In this document: one piece after another, positions 1-11,590 of the stretch
Layout: every line of letters starts with the position of its first letter
How positions within the stretch are numbered: position 1 is the first letter of the stretch
NCBI GenBank assembly: GCA_037447605.1
Contig: CM074815.1
Location: 558,001-622,000, forward strand
Length of the DNA: 64,000 nucleotides
Origin: Zygnema circumcarinatum SAG 698-1b
Taxonomy: Eukaryota > Plantae > Zygnematophyceae
Direction: 5' to 3'
The notes under the pieces: generated by a model
What the model saw: only the letters and a program-made list of their open reading frames with translations
Told to the model about the DNA's origin: nothing
Database searches by the model: none
Program-made: the position numbers and the translations under genes

Positions 1-734
1 TGGCGGCGGGCGAAAGGGAGCCGGTGTTCTTGATGGTGGGGGAGCAGCCGGGAGCATATCCATGAAAGTGATCTCGGCAGGTGAGTTCCCTGCTGCTGCC
101 TCTTTCCCCTTCCGGGCCTTCTCACTCGAGAGTCTCCGCATGCACACACGGGCATCATGTCCCGTGATCTGACAGAAGGTGCAGGTCCATGGTCCGCAAC
201 GCAGCCGCGGATTGTGAGTTAGGCCACAAGCCAGACATACGCCCTCCGGAACCCCTGCCTCTGTCATCCGACGGCGCAGATCGGCCCTGGCAGCTTCTCG
301 CTCTTCGGGTGTGCGATCGGAATAAGGAGCCCGATATCCTGGACGCGAGACATCTGGTATGTGAGGATTCACCGCTGGCTCGATGGGATGCGCCGGATCA
401 TGAGGGTATGGGGAAAGGGGAAGGGGCTTGGTTGTGCTGGCTATGGCCAGAGGCTGCACCACAGGGGCTGTCCGGCCGTCCTGAGCAGTGGCGCCGGAGA
501 AGGAAGGCTTGTTCCGAGCAGATGTAGCGTAGGGATCGAACAGCTGTTGATTCTGTGTCTTCAGGAACTGCTGGTAGAGTCGATCTTGTCGTGGATCTGT
601 AGCGTTCATGTAATGTGGTCTTACATGTCGGTTGCCTCTCTCTTGATCCTTCTGAATTCGCTCTGCCCTGTCTAACAATGCCTGGGCATCTGCTGGTGGG
701 TTGTCGCGCAGCTCACGATCCAGGTGGAGATCCT
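1..734 (-). mobile_element. LTR-retrotransposon Gag C-terminal fragment (nucleocapsid zinc knuckles); truncated by the N-gap and runs off the window edge
   Basis: Manual translation of the minus strand gives an uninterrupted frame (DLHLDRELRDNPPADAQALLDRAERIQK...) with CLACGLTHNPRLRC and a canonical CTFCQITGHDARVC (C-x2-C-x4-H-x4-C) knuckle. It is not in the ORF track because there is no stop inside the window. Confidence 0.75.
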
Positions 735-800
735 NNNNNNNNNNNNNNNNNNNNNNNNNNNNNNNNNNNNNNNNNNNNNNNNNNNNNNNNNNNNNNNNNN

Positions 801-860
<60 letters not shown>

Positions 861-892
861 GCCCGTCCGTCCGTCCGTCCGTCCGTCTCAAC
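801..892 (+). repeat. (CT)n followed by (CCGT)n microsatellite directly upstream of the LRR-lipase ATG (repeated at 2794-2885)
   Basis: Directly visible; ends ...gtccgtctcaacATG. Confidence 0.95.
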
Positions 893-2783
893 ATGAAGAG
901 AAGGAAGGGAGTCCAAGCGCGTGAGATTCAATACAAGCAATGGCTGAAATCGTCGGAGGCCCAGTGGTCCTCTCTTCGGGATACGTTAGGAGGCCATTTT
1001 TCAAAAGAAGAAATCGAACTGGTCTCAGAGCTGCGGGAATGGCGAAAGAAGGAGATGCAGCACTGCCGTCCTGAGGAGGGGGCGGCTGTCGAATTAGCGG
1101 CAGAAAAACTGGCGGATTTGCTTTTGAATAGCCAATCCTCCGTTTCGACAGGATCTCTCAGCTTGAGGAGAGCCTATCTGAAGTCTCTGCCTGTTTATTT
1201 CAACCGGTCGGGTGACAGAATGGACGAGCTTGATCTCAACGGCTGCCATTTGGGAGTCTTTCCACCATTGAAGAATTGGTCATCTTTAAGGATTCTTTAT
1301 GCACATGGCAACAATTTCAAGGTTATTCCCAGAATTGAGCTGCCGCATCTCCAGACGTTGGACCTTGCCGACAACAAGATAGAAAAAATTATGGATCAAG
1401 AGATGCTGAGTAACCTGACTACCTTCATGGCGAGCAGCAATCAGCTTCGAGAATTTCCAGCGCCCATTCTTCAGTGGAGTGCGCTAGTAGAGCTGAGGTT
1501 GGATGACAATCAGATGTCATGTTTGCCAGAGAGCATAGCCGAACTGAAGCACCTTCAGACTCTATGGCTGAACAACAACTGCTTGAGCTCTCTGCCGGCG
1601 GAAATTGGTCAACTTAGTCGACTGAAAGAATTGCGTCTCGACCACAATGAGCTGACCTCCATCCCGGCCGAAATTTCATCTCTAGGGAAACTGGAACTGC
1701 TCGATGTGCGCAAGAACCTACTGCTCACTTTGCCAAGAGAGAAAAATCTCCGGTTGAGTCTGCGGCCACCGGGGCTAAGTAGTGGCTCTATCGCCCGAAA
1801 GACCTGTGCGGTCATTGTCGATGCTAATTCGTTGCTTGATGGTCCGAAATACCCGTTGGCATTTCAAGACAAGGAAGACTTGATTTCCTTCACTTCAAAA
1901 ATACATCGTGAATTCGAAATTTTTTGGAAAGAAGCGGAACGGGAGCCTGTGAGCAGCGCTGGGGGCCGCGTTATCGACTACTACAACAAACACATTTCCA
2001 AAATGTTGACGATGGAGGAAGCTGCGCTGCAGATGCTGGCCTCTTCATTGGTATATCTGGATGAAAAATTCAGCACCTACAAGGGCGACATCGAATTTAA
2101 TGTAACAGAAAACGTCCGCTGTGAATCTGTGAGTTGTTATGCGAAGAAGTACAGAATAAATGACTCCATTTGCCACGAAGAAGGGTGTGTTGCCTTCCAA
2201 TTGGTTCCACAAGGCGAGCAAGCAGGTCAGAAAGCCGACATTATTTTGTTTCGTGGAACCAAACCCAATGCGAAGTTTGCTCCGACGGGCATGAAGGCGG
2301 ACTTGAATCGGCATGCAATTGGGATGAAAGTGTTCAAAAGTGTACGAAAGTACATGCAAAAATGGATGGAGAACGCGCTACGACCTGATGTCGGTGGTGA
2401 CGGCACCAAGCTGGTGATAACGGGCCACAGCCTTGGGGGGGCTTTGGCAATGCATGCATTTGCGAGCATTGAGGAGCCGCTCCATCGGCAAAACAATGTG
2501 AAACTGATCACCTTCAACTCACCTGGCGTGGATAAAGACACCATTCAAAACAAAATGTGTGGTGGTGGAGTAGATGAAGGGGAACATCTGTATGGTTCGT
2601 CACGAGTGGGATATTGTGCACTACGCAGGAAAGCTGCAACCTCCAGGGGCCGTTCTATACACAGGGGATCATGTGGATAAGCCGTTAAGCTCTTTAGAGG
2701 CACTTGCTAAGTGCAAACTCCCAGTCTTGGAGCAATTGTGTAAATATCTACTCAGGTACTTTCGATCGGCTACATCACCTCCC
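893..2783 (+). CDS. Intronless LRR + class-3 (alpha/beta-hydrolase) lipase fusion, copy 1; frameshift near 2571-2574; 3' end lost in gap
   Basis: About 9 LxxLxLxxNxL repeats (e.g. LPAEIGQLSRLKELRLDHNELTS), then IILFRGT, ITGHSLGG (Ser at 2429) and TFNSPGV. The WDIVH segment continues in the +1 frame from ATG 2574. Confidence 0.8.
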
Positions 2784-2793
2784 NNNNNNNNNN

Positions 2794-2853
<60 letters not shown>

Positions 2854-2885
2854 GCCCGTCCGTCCGTCCGTCCGTCCGTCTCAAC

Positions 2886-4971
2886 ATGAAGAGAAGGAAG
2901 GGAGTCCAAGCGCGTGAGATTCAATACAAGCAATGGCTGAAATCGTCGGAGGCCCAGTGGTCCTCTCTTCGGGATACGTTAGGAGGCCATTTTTCAAAAG
3001 AAGAAATCGAACTGGTCTCAGAGCTGCGGGAATGGCGAAAGAAGGAGATGCAGCACTGCCGTCCTGAGGAGGGGGCGGCTGTCGAATTAGCGGCAGAAAA
3101 ACTGGCGGATTTGCTTTTGAATAGCCAATCCTCCGTTTCGACAGGATCTCTCAGCTTGAGGAGAGCCTATCTGAAGTCTCTGCCTGTTTATTTCAACCGG
3201 TCGGGTGACAGAATGGACGAGCTTGATCTCAACGGCTGCCATTTGGGAGTCTTTCCACCATTGAAGAATTGGTCATCTTTAAGGATTCTTTATGCACATG
3301 GCAACAATTTCAAGGTTATTCCCAGAATTGAGCTGCCGCATCTCCAGACGTTGGACCTTGCCGACAACAAGATAGAAAAAATTATGGATCAAGAGATGCT
3401 GAGTAACCTGACTACCTTCATGGCGAGCAGCAATCAGCTTCGAGAATTTCCAGCGCCCATTCTTCAGTGGAGTGCGCTAGTAGAGCTGAGGTTGGATGAC
3501 AATCAGATGTCATGTTTGCCAGAGAGCATAGCCGAACTGAAGCACCTTCAGACTCTATGGCTGAACAACAACTGCTTGAGCTCTCTGCCGGCGGAAATTG
3601 GTCAACTTAGTCGACTGAAAGAATTGCGTCTCGACCACAATGAGCTGACCTCCATCCCGGCCGAAATTTCATCTCTAGGGAAACTGGAACTGCTCGATGT
3701 GCGCAAGAACCTACTGCTCACTTTGCCAAGAGAGAAAAATCTCCGGTTGAGTCTGCGGCCACCGGGGCTAAGTAGTGGCTCTATCGCCCGAAAGACCTGT
3801 GCGGTCATTGTCGATGCTAATTCGTTGCTTGATGGTCCGAAATACCCGTTGGCATTTCAAGACAAGGAAGACTTGATTTCCTTCACTTCAAAAATACATC
3901 GTGAATTCGAAATTTTTTGGAAAGAAGCGGAACGGGAGCCTGTGAGCAGCGCTGGGGGCCGCGTTATCGACTACTACAACAAACACATTTCCAAAATGTT
4001 GACGATGGAGGAAGCTGCGCTGCAGATGCTGGCCTCTTCATTGGTATATCTGGATGAAAAATTCAGCACCTACAAGGGCGACATCGAATTTAATGTAACA
4101 GAAAACGTCCGCTGTGAATCTGTGAGTTGTTATGCGAAGAAGTACAGAATAAATGACTCCATTTGCCACGAAGAAGGGTGTGTTGCCTTCCAATTGGTTC
4201 CACAAGGCGAGCAAGCAGGTCAGAAAGCCGACATTATTTTGTTTCGTGGAACCAAACCCAATGCGAAGTTTGCTCCGACGGGCATGAAGGCGGACTTGAA
4301 TCGGCATGCAATTGGGATGAAAGTGTTCAAAAGTGTACGAAAGTACATGCAAAAATGGATGGAGAACGCGCTACGACCTGATGTCGGTGGTGACGGCACC
4401 AAGCTGGTGATAACGGGCCACAGCCTTGGGGGGGCTTTGGCAATGCATGCATTTGCGAGCATTGAGGAGCCGCTCCATCGGCAAAACAATGTGAAACTGA
4501 TCACCTTCAACTCACCTGGCGTGGATAAAGACACCATTCAAAACAAAATGTGTGGTGGTGGAGTAGATGAAGGGGAACATCTGTATGGTTCGTCACGAGT
4601 GGGATATTGTGCACTACGCAGGAAAGCTGCAACCTCCAGGGGCCGTTCTATACACAGGGGATCATGTGGATAAGCCGTTAAGCTCTTTAGAGGCACTTGC
4701 TAAGTGCAAACTCCCAGTCTTGGAGCAATTGTGTAAATATCTACTCAGGTACTTTCGATCGGCTACATCACCTCCCCCTCTTCAGGATCTCATGGAGGTG
4801 GTTTCCTATGCGCACACGGTTCCGGCTTTCGCGCTCCGCCAGATGCATGGACATGGACCTGTAATTTCTAAGAGGGTGGAACACAAAGAGGGTCATTGGC
4901 CCAGTGATCTCGGAAAGGTTTCCGAATATGTACGAACTCTTCATGAACTTGGCTCTATCTTTCCGAAATAA
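2886..4971 (+). CDS. Intronless LRR + class-3 lipase fusion, copy 2 (complete 3' end; same frameshift near 4564-4567)
   Basis: Same as copy 1. The C-terminal ORF 4567-4971 carries the remaining lipase motifs (MVRHEWDIVHYAG, candidate catalytic His in YAHT) and ends at TAA 4971. Confidence 0.82.
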
Positions 4972-5081
4972 GATCGAATCTCGAAGCGTGGCAGCTTTTG
5001 TCCAGGAGGGCTACCTTGTACTAATGACTGATTAACTGAAGCTATTATTATTGATAGAACTGGAAAGTCAACGTTACTAGC

Positions 5082-5324
5082 TGTAGCGAAACGCTACAGT
5101 CACCCCAAGGGGGAAGGGTTACTTAGAGCCCGGCGTGGCTTTATGTTTCCATCCAATGCAGTACCTAACGGTTAGGGCATCAGATACCCTATAGGACGAC
5201 GGAGGTCCTAGGTTCGAACCATAAGAACTGGTTCACCCGTGGGGCCGCCACATAATCTCTATGGGCCCCACGTCAGCGGCCAAGGTCCCCTCCTCTCAGC
5301 GTAGAGGAAGATCACGGACTAACG
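5082..5324. mobile_element. Probable LTR fragment (starts TGTAGCG), truncated by an N-gap
   Basis: TG start, palindrome TGTAGCG-aaa-CGCTACA, and position immediately 5' of a gag region. No second copy is present in the window to confirm it. Confidence 0.4.
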
Positions 5325-5361
5325 NNNNNNNNNNCGAACCCCCCCCCAGGCTGTAGAGGCA

Positions 5362-8300
5362 GTGGATGCATTAGGTCCTGGGGAAGGGGTTAGGCAAGCC
5401 ACTCCGGTGGCGTCGTCTTTTCCGACGCCCCAACCGGCTGCCGGAAGCAGCCGGCAGAAGTCCGGACCCCCTGGATTCTCCACGGGGGTGAGTCACCCCC
5501 ATGGGGGTGGCGAACCACCCAGCAGTGGGGGACCCCCGTCGGGGGCAGCTGCTGGCGGCGGAGGGGATCCCAGTCCTCAGACTGCTCCTCCGCAACCTAC
5601 TGAGGATGCCCGACGGAATCGGGCCAAAGTGGCCCCTCTTTCCTTTTGGGGCGAACATCCTACCACGGACTGCTCGATTGAGCAGTGGTTGGGTCAAACG
5701 AAGGGTTACCTTCTTTGCGACCAGCTGTCCCCCCTCCGATGGGTAAAGCTTTGCTTACCGACACTGAAGGAGCACATCTGCGTGTGTATGAGGGGCCTCT
5801 CCCGATGAGATTGGGGGCGATTGGGATAAGTTAGAGGGAATGAACTTATCAAACACTTTGGGGCCTTGGATCCCGGCTTGGAGGCCCGGGATAAGTTTCA
5901 GAACATGGTCCAAACCGGCAGCGTCAAGCAGTTTCTGCGAGACCTGCGACAAGTGGTGCCTCAGATCACCACTCACAAGCGGGGCCAGTGAGTTCTTTTC
6001 CGCCGAGGAAAGGCTTGAAGCCACACGAGGCGGCTAAGGAGCAACCCGCGGACTGCACGGCAGGTGGGACCCCGGCCCGACTTCTGGTTACGTACTTTGA
6101 TCACGGCCATTGATTCTGAACCACCGCCCTACTTGAGCGTCTGACCCTTCCGACTTGGCGAGGAGGTGAGGCGGCGTGGCTGGTCTTGAGAGAAGTGGGG
6201 AACCTCAGCTCCTTAGCGGCGCGAAGAACAAGCGAGCGGCGGAAGTGAACGCGCCCTATACCGCGACGCGAGTTGACTCGGAGGAAATGGAAGATGCGGC
6301 GGAGAGCAAGATGTTTCGGTTGCCTTGAGGGGCACAGGCGGGGATTGCCTCACGAACACCAAGGACAAGAAGGGCAGGGGCGGAAAACTTGCCCACCCGG
6401 CGGCTTAGGGGTCGTTGGTGGACATCTTGGAAACTTCAGGGGAGTCAGTTAGTCTGTGTTTGATGTACTCCCTTCTTCCATTTCTCTCTCCCCTGCCACT
6501 GTAGTGACTCCTTCTGGGTTTATGGATGTAGTGATGAATGGTGATTGGCATGTCTTTATCCTCAATGTCATGGGCGATGATGTTCTCATGCAATGTGCCA
6601 TGGATGCTTTGCATGTCATGGGAAACACCTCCCATATCCTTGCGCTGCATGTGCTGGTTCCTCAGCACATGGCAGTTCGCACCTTTCCCAGCGCCACTTG
6701 GCGGTTGGTGAAACAGTTGAGGAAAGGGCACACGTTGGTGCAGACGATGGAAGGATCCACCAGCTTGCTGGTTGGCTCACCCTACACATTGGTGTGGAGG
6801 ACGGCTCGTCCTCAACCTTCGCATATAGTGCGATCTATGTTCCACCTTGCCCATCGTGCCATGACCTTCATCGGGTCAGCCAATGGCCACCCAGCAGTTC
6901 TACTGCTAGATACTGGGGCAGATGCTAACTTTGTTAGTTCTGCGTTCACCCGGAGATGTGGGTTGACCACAGATCCCCATTCAGAAAGTGTTACTTTCGG
7001 GGATGGACGCAAGGGCCAGATCTCTGGTAGCGTCACACTCAAGATCAAGCTCCACTCCTACTCCGGGGCAGTCAAGTGTCTTCTAACACAACTGGCCCCT
7101 GGTACTGATGTTATTTTGGGGAGTGCTTGGGTTAACCATGGTCAAGCACAAATGAGCTTTTACGTCACGCGTTGCGTGCACTTGCGGTGGTGACGGGCGG
7201 CTTACACTTTTGTGAGCATCCGGCTGGCCCATCCAGCGGCTGCTACTCACCCAGCATCTGCCTTTCGGCTATGCGGTGGCCATGATTAGAAGGTTGCACC
7301 TTGTTCATGGTGCATGTCATGGCAGCCACTGAGGATGTTCATGACGAAGATCAGGAATGGCAGATCACATCTACGGGATGTGCTCTCGGCCGTTCCACCC
7401 AAAATCCAACCTTTGTTGGATGAGTTCAGGGATGTTTTCCCTGACGACCTTCCAAGAGGGTTGCCACCATCTAGAGGTAGGGCACACAATCCTCTTGAGC
7501 GAGGCATAAAACACGCCTTGGCGTGATCTACTCGGTTAAGTCAGAAGGAAACCGAGGAGATCGCAGCGATTGGCAACTTCGTGAAAGTTTGGATAGGAGC
7601 AGTCGAGCCCCTTTGGGGGCGCCCATGCTGTTGTTGGGAAAAAAGATGGTTACGTTGAGGATGTGCATTGATTATCGCGCACTCAACAAGATCACCGTAA
7701 AGAACCGTTTTGCTTTACCACGTATTGATGATCTGTTGGATCGTCTTCACGGCGCCAGAGTGTTTACTTCACTCGATCTTGCTCAGGGGTACCATCAGAT
7801 CCGCGTCACGGAAGCTGATGTGCCAAAAACTGCGTTCCGGACGCCGATTGGTCATTTCCAATATAAGGTGTTGCCCTTTGGATTGACTAATGCTCCGGCG
7901 ACTGTCCAGGCTGTGATGAACGAAAAGTTCATCGGCATGGACGAGTCTGTATGGGTTTACCTCGATGATATCCTTGTCTTCAGTAAGACAGAGGAGGAAC
8001 ATCTTGAACACGTTCGGAAAGTGTTTGAGACCCTGAGGAAACACCAATTTTATGCCAAGAGGAAGAAGTGTCACTTCATGCAACGTGAGTTGCTTTATCT
8101 TGGGCATATTCTCAATGATCAGGGCCTTCGGCCAGATCCTGCCAAGGTTTCTGCGGTAGAAACTTGGGCGCCACTTAAGTGACACGCACCGGTTGAGGGT
8201 CTTTTACGGGCTTTGCGAATTATTTTAGGTAAGTTCATCAGGGTTTAGTAAAGCTGGTTTACCCTTGACTAATTTGACGTTAGGTGTCCTTTACATGGAC

Positions 8301-10264
8301 CCACTGAATGCCAAAGTGCATTCGAGAAGGTGTCGCCATGCACTTATTCACAGCACCCACTCTCAGGTTTGCTCGGGCCGTCCAAACCTTGAAGTGGTTT
8401 GTGATGCTTGGGATTACCGCCTTGGAGTCGCGTCTTGTTTTCCAAGATGGCCAACCTTTACTTGGCGTATGAAAGCATAAAATGAATCGGCGCAACTATT
8501 ACCGCGAAACGAGGAAGCGCCCAGAGTGGTGCATACGAGGACATGGCGTCGCTGTTGTTAGAGGGCAGCGATCCTGGCCCAGTCGCGACCACCGCCCGGC
8601 CCGGCGTTCCTCTCCAGCCGCGAGACCTGTCATAGCAAGCGAACGCAGCTGATGCAGGATTCCCTCCAAAGGTTTGTACCCGGTAAACGGTTTTATCGGC
8701 GGAAGAATTTGAATACTTGGCGGAACCCTTACGGTAGGCTGACCTCGGCGCATCTTGCACGGATGGTGCTGGCTAAAATGCGACTCGAGTGTTAGTGGAG
8801 CGAGATGTGAGAGGTGAGGGCGGCCAACCCAGTCCGTCTCGGTATGCTTTGTCACCAAGATCCCTCCACGGTGTAGCGATCAACCCTCTGCTTTCTCTCA
8901 CGATCTTGACGGATGATTGGGAGGGTATACTATTGATCCTTTGTTCTGGATGGCCAAGGTAATGGCTATAAGGACAAAGTGGTGTCTAGGACGGATTTTG
9001 GTACCGACGTGATTGTGGTCGTGCCCAAGGCGGAGATGCGGCGGCTCGTGCAGGTGAGCTACATGATCCCTCACGTGCCGAGGGTCACATGGGAGTTGCC
9101 AAAACCCGTGAGGCCGCGCTCAGGGATTACGGTGGCGGCCTGGACTCGAGGGGATGTGGCGTATGTCTTCGCTTGTCAACTTGTCCAGCGAAACAAACCC
9201 CGCCTTTGGCGGGGATCACGGCCGGTACAGCCCCTCACACCTCCTTTTTAGGAATGGGGCGGTGTGGGTATGGACTTGATCACCAGTCGCTGCAGCTGAC
9301 ACCTGCGGGGGCATGGCTCCATCCTGCGTCTTTGTCGATCGGCTGGCAAGATGGTGCATTTTGCACCAACTCTTGGAAACATTTGGGGCGGCGAAGTTAC
9401 GGTTGTATGTTGACAAAGTGTGGAGCGGCATGGTCTTGATCCAAAAATTGGTAATGCGGCCAAGTGATCCACGATTCACGGCCATTTTTGGGCCGAGGAA
9501 GTGCTCAAAATAGATTGGGACCAAGCGGTACGTTAGTCTGACTTTCCACCCGCCAAACCGATGGCGGGCGGAGCGGGTGAGCGGGGATCTGGAGGGGATT
9601 ACCTCGGCATTATGTGGGATTTACCCGGATGGGTGGAATGACTGCTCCCGGTGGCGAAATCGCCATCCAATAATGCTTTCAGCGGGAGTCCATCCCGGTA
9701 CCACCCCTTTCTTCGCGAACTTTGGCGGCATCCTCTAAATCCCTGCAACCGAAGGGATCAGCCCACGATAGTGGAACATGAAGCGTCCACGAGAACCCCG
9801 TCCTTGGAAGGCGAGAGGTGATGGGACTCCAACCTCCTTGATCCCGGATCTTTTACATCCGACTAATATGCGAGGAGGCGGCTGCGGAGAGCCCCGCGGC
9901 GGGGCCACGCTGGCAACCCGATCGCGACAAAAGGCCTATGCTGACCGTCACCGTACCCAACTCACCTTCAACGAAGGCGATGAGGTGTTGCTAAGTACGG
10001 CGAACTTGAGACTCAAAGCTTATGGCGGAACACGTAAGCTGTGGCCCCGCTTCATCGGACCTTTCAGGGTCGTGAAGCGAATCAATGATGTCGCTTACAG
10101 GTTGGATTTACCATCCCACATGAAGGTGCATCCGGTCTTTCATGTGGGTTTGCTAAAGGTCTACCGTAGCGATGGGAGGATCCAGCCACCTCCCCCACCA
10201 GTGGAACTTGAGGGTGAACTTGAGTATGAAGTTGAAACCATTCAAGCCCACCGTCTTGTGAGAA
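5362..10264 (+). mobile_element. Degenerate Ty3/gypsy chromovirus internal region: gag - protease - RT - RNase H - integrase - chromodomain
   Basis: Gag-like KVAPLSFWGE...IEQW (5362-5808); protease LLLDTGADANF (~6900); RT RMCIDYRALNK...LPFGLTNAPA...VYLDDILVFS (7523-8182); RNase H EVVCDA (~8395); integrase fragments QRNK, GMDLIT, VFVDRL, DPRFT (9050-9520); KLWPRFIGPFRV...VHPVFHVGLLK and chromodomain EYEVETIQAHR (9950-10264). Many frameshifts. Confidence 0.92.
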
Positions 10265-10309
10265 NNNNNNNNNNGTTCAACGGGGGAAGCGTAAAGGGGC
10301 GAGGGTGAC

Positions 10310-10592
10310 TGTCGTCACCCAACCAACGTACCGGCATTCGGTTGCACCCCTGCCCAGGGCTGCGCCACCCTCTGGGACACTCTCTGAAGCTCTCTCTCTC
10401 TTGCTCTCGCTCTCGCTGAACTCTGAGTGCTGGTGTGTGATTCCGCGCAGGCTGAAGAGGCGGTTTTCAGTCGTTACACTAGCTCATTTTCGGGCCATGG
10501 CGTTCAGTGGCAGTTTATGATGATGCTCTGTCGAATCGTGCCATCGTAGCCTCTGTTCGCACTCTCATAATCAAGATTCTTTTTTGACGACA
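10310..10592 (+). mobile_element. Candidate 3' LTR (283 bp) preceded by a purine-rich PPT-like tract
   Basis: Perfect 8-bp inverted termini TGTCGTCA...TGACGACA. GGGGCGAGGGTGAC lies immediately upstream, and the segment follows the chromodomain. Confidence 0.7.
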
Positions 10593-11257
10593 ACCTCCTT
10601 GCTATCGCTCTCCCTTGTTCTTCCCCTCCCCATCCCTGCCTCACCCACTCCCTTCCCCTTCCCTCTCCATCTCAACTTCTACATGTTCCCTCTCATTCAA
10701 ACGCTAACCCATGTCTTACACTTTCTCTTCATTCCCACCCTGAGCGTTTGCAGCCCTTTTTCCCTAAACTGCATTTTAGACAAAGTCTGAGGCTTTTTTT
10801 TTGTCTCTTGAGAGTCTCCGTGGCATTTCTCCCTTTCCTATTGTTGACAATTTGAGCCCGGTCCCTCGCACTACTCTCACTCTCTGACATGCTTGCAATT
10901 TCTGAATCAAGACAACCCTCAAGTGCACACACTGAAAAACAGATGTACTCAAACAAGCAAACACCGAAAGAGAATAAGTAAGGAGAAAGCACCCCGGCCT
11001 CAAAAATTCTTAATAAAGAATGGAAGAAAAAAGCAGTGAGTTAAAGTTATCAGACTTCTACTTCTGCTCTGACTCACTCCCGACCTCCTGCTGCCCATAA
11101 AGCCAAGCAACTGCACTCAGCAGCACGAGCTAAGCTACAGCTGAATTAAGTTGGACTCTCAGGTTAATTAAATCCTAAACAAATCCTAGTTAAATACTAA
11201 GCACTGCACTACTCCACGCGCCGCCGTACAGCGCACCGCCATGTCGCTGGCAGTGCT

Positions 11258-11590
11258 CCACGTGTCCCGGAGCGAGAGGGAGCTCACCCTCAGGGTCGCC
11301 ATGGCCAGGGGGAGACTGTCCGTACCGGAAACGCCCTCCTTCGTCGCGCCAGGCTTCCTCGAAGCTTCGTATCCATCGCGCGCGTATTCTTCAGCGCGTG
11401 TTGGGTGTCCGTACACCCACGCGTCTCGTACGCTCCGGACATTTTTGTACGGTCGTTCGCCAAAGCAATAAGCAATACAAAGCCGACCGCGCAGCCTATC
11501 GCTGCGCGCCACGTGTCCAGCACTTATCACTTATCAGTTCTAGGTAGGCTCCAGTGCTGGCGCGGCCTATCGCCGCCCTCCACGTGTCCT
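11258..11590. promoter_or_regulatory. Three CCACGTGTC (ABRE/G-box) elements
   Basis: CACGTG at 11259, 11510 and 11581, each in the context CCACGTGTCC. Confidence 0.5.

Larger units (their letters stand above)
801..4776 (+). repeat. Exact tandem duplication, offset 1993 bp (801-2783 and 2794-4776), separated by a 10-N gap
   Basis: The translated ORFs of both copies are identical. Both copies begin at the first base after an N-gap, and copy 1 stops at a gap where copy 2 reads on. Confidence 0.92.

Noticed and set aside
701-892. N-terminal extensions of ORFs 701..2680 and 2574..4673 (LSLSLS..., read-through of Xs)
   Set aside because: Artefacts of translating through N-gaps and CT repeats. The 699-aa ORF fuses the tail of copy 1 to copy 2 across a gap.
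11040-11215. Segment GTTGGACTCTCAGGTTAATTAAATCC...TAAGCACTGCACT, which vaguely recalls ends of algal Penelope-like/non-LTR elements
   Set aside because: Based on unverified memory. I found no hammerhead core (CTGAnGA...GAAA), no second copy and no RT ORF here.
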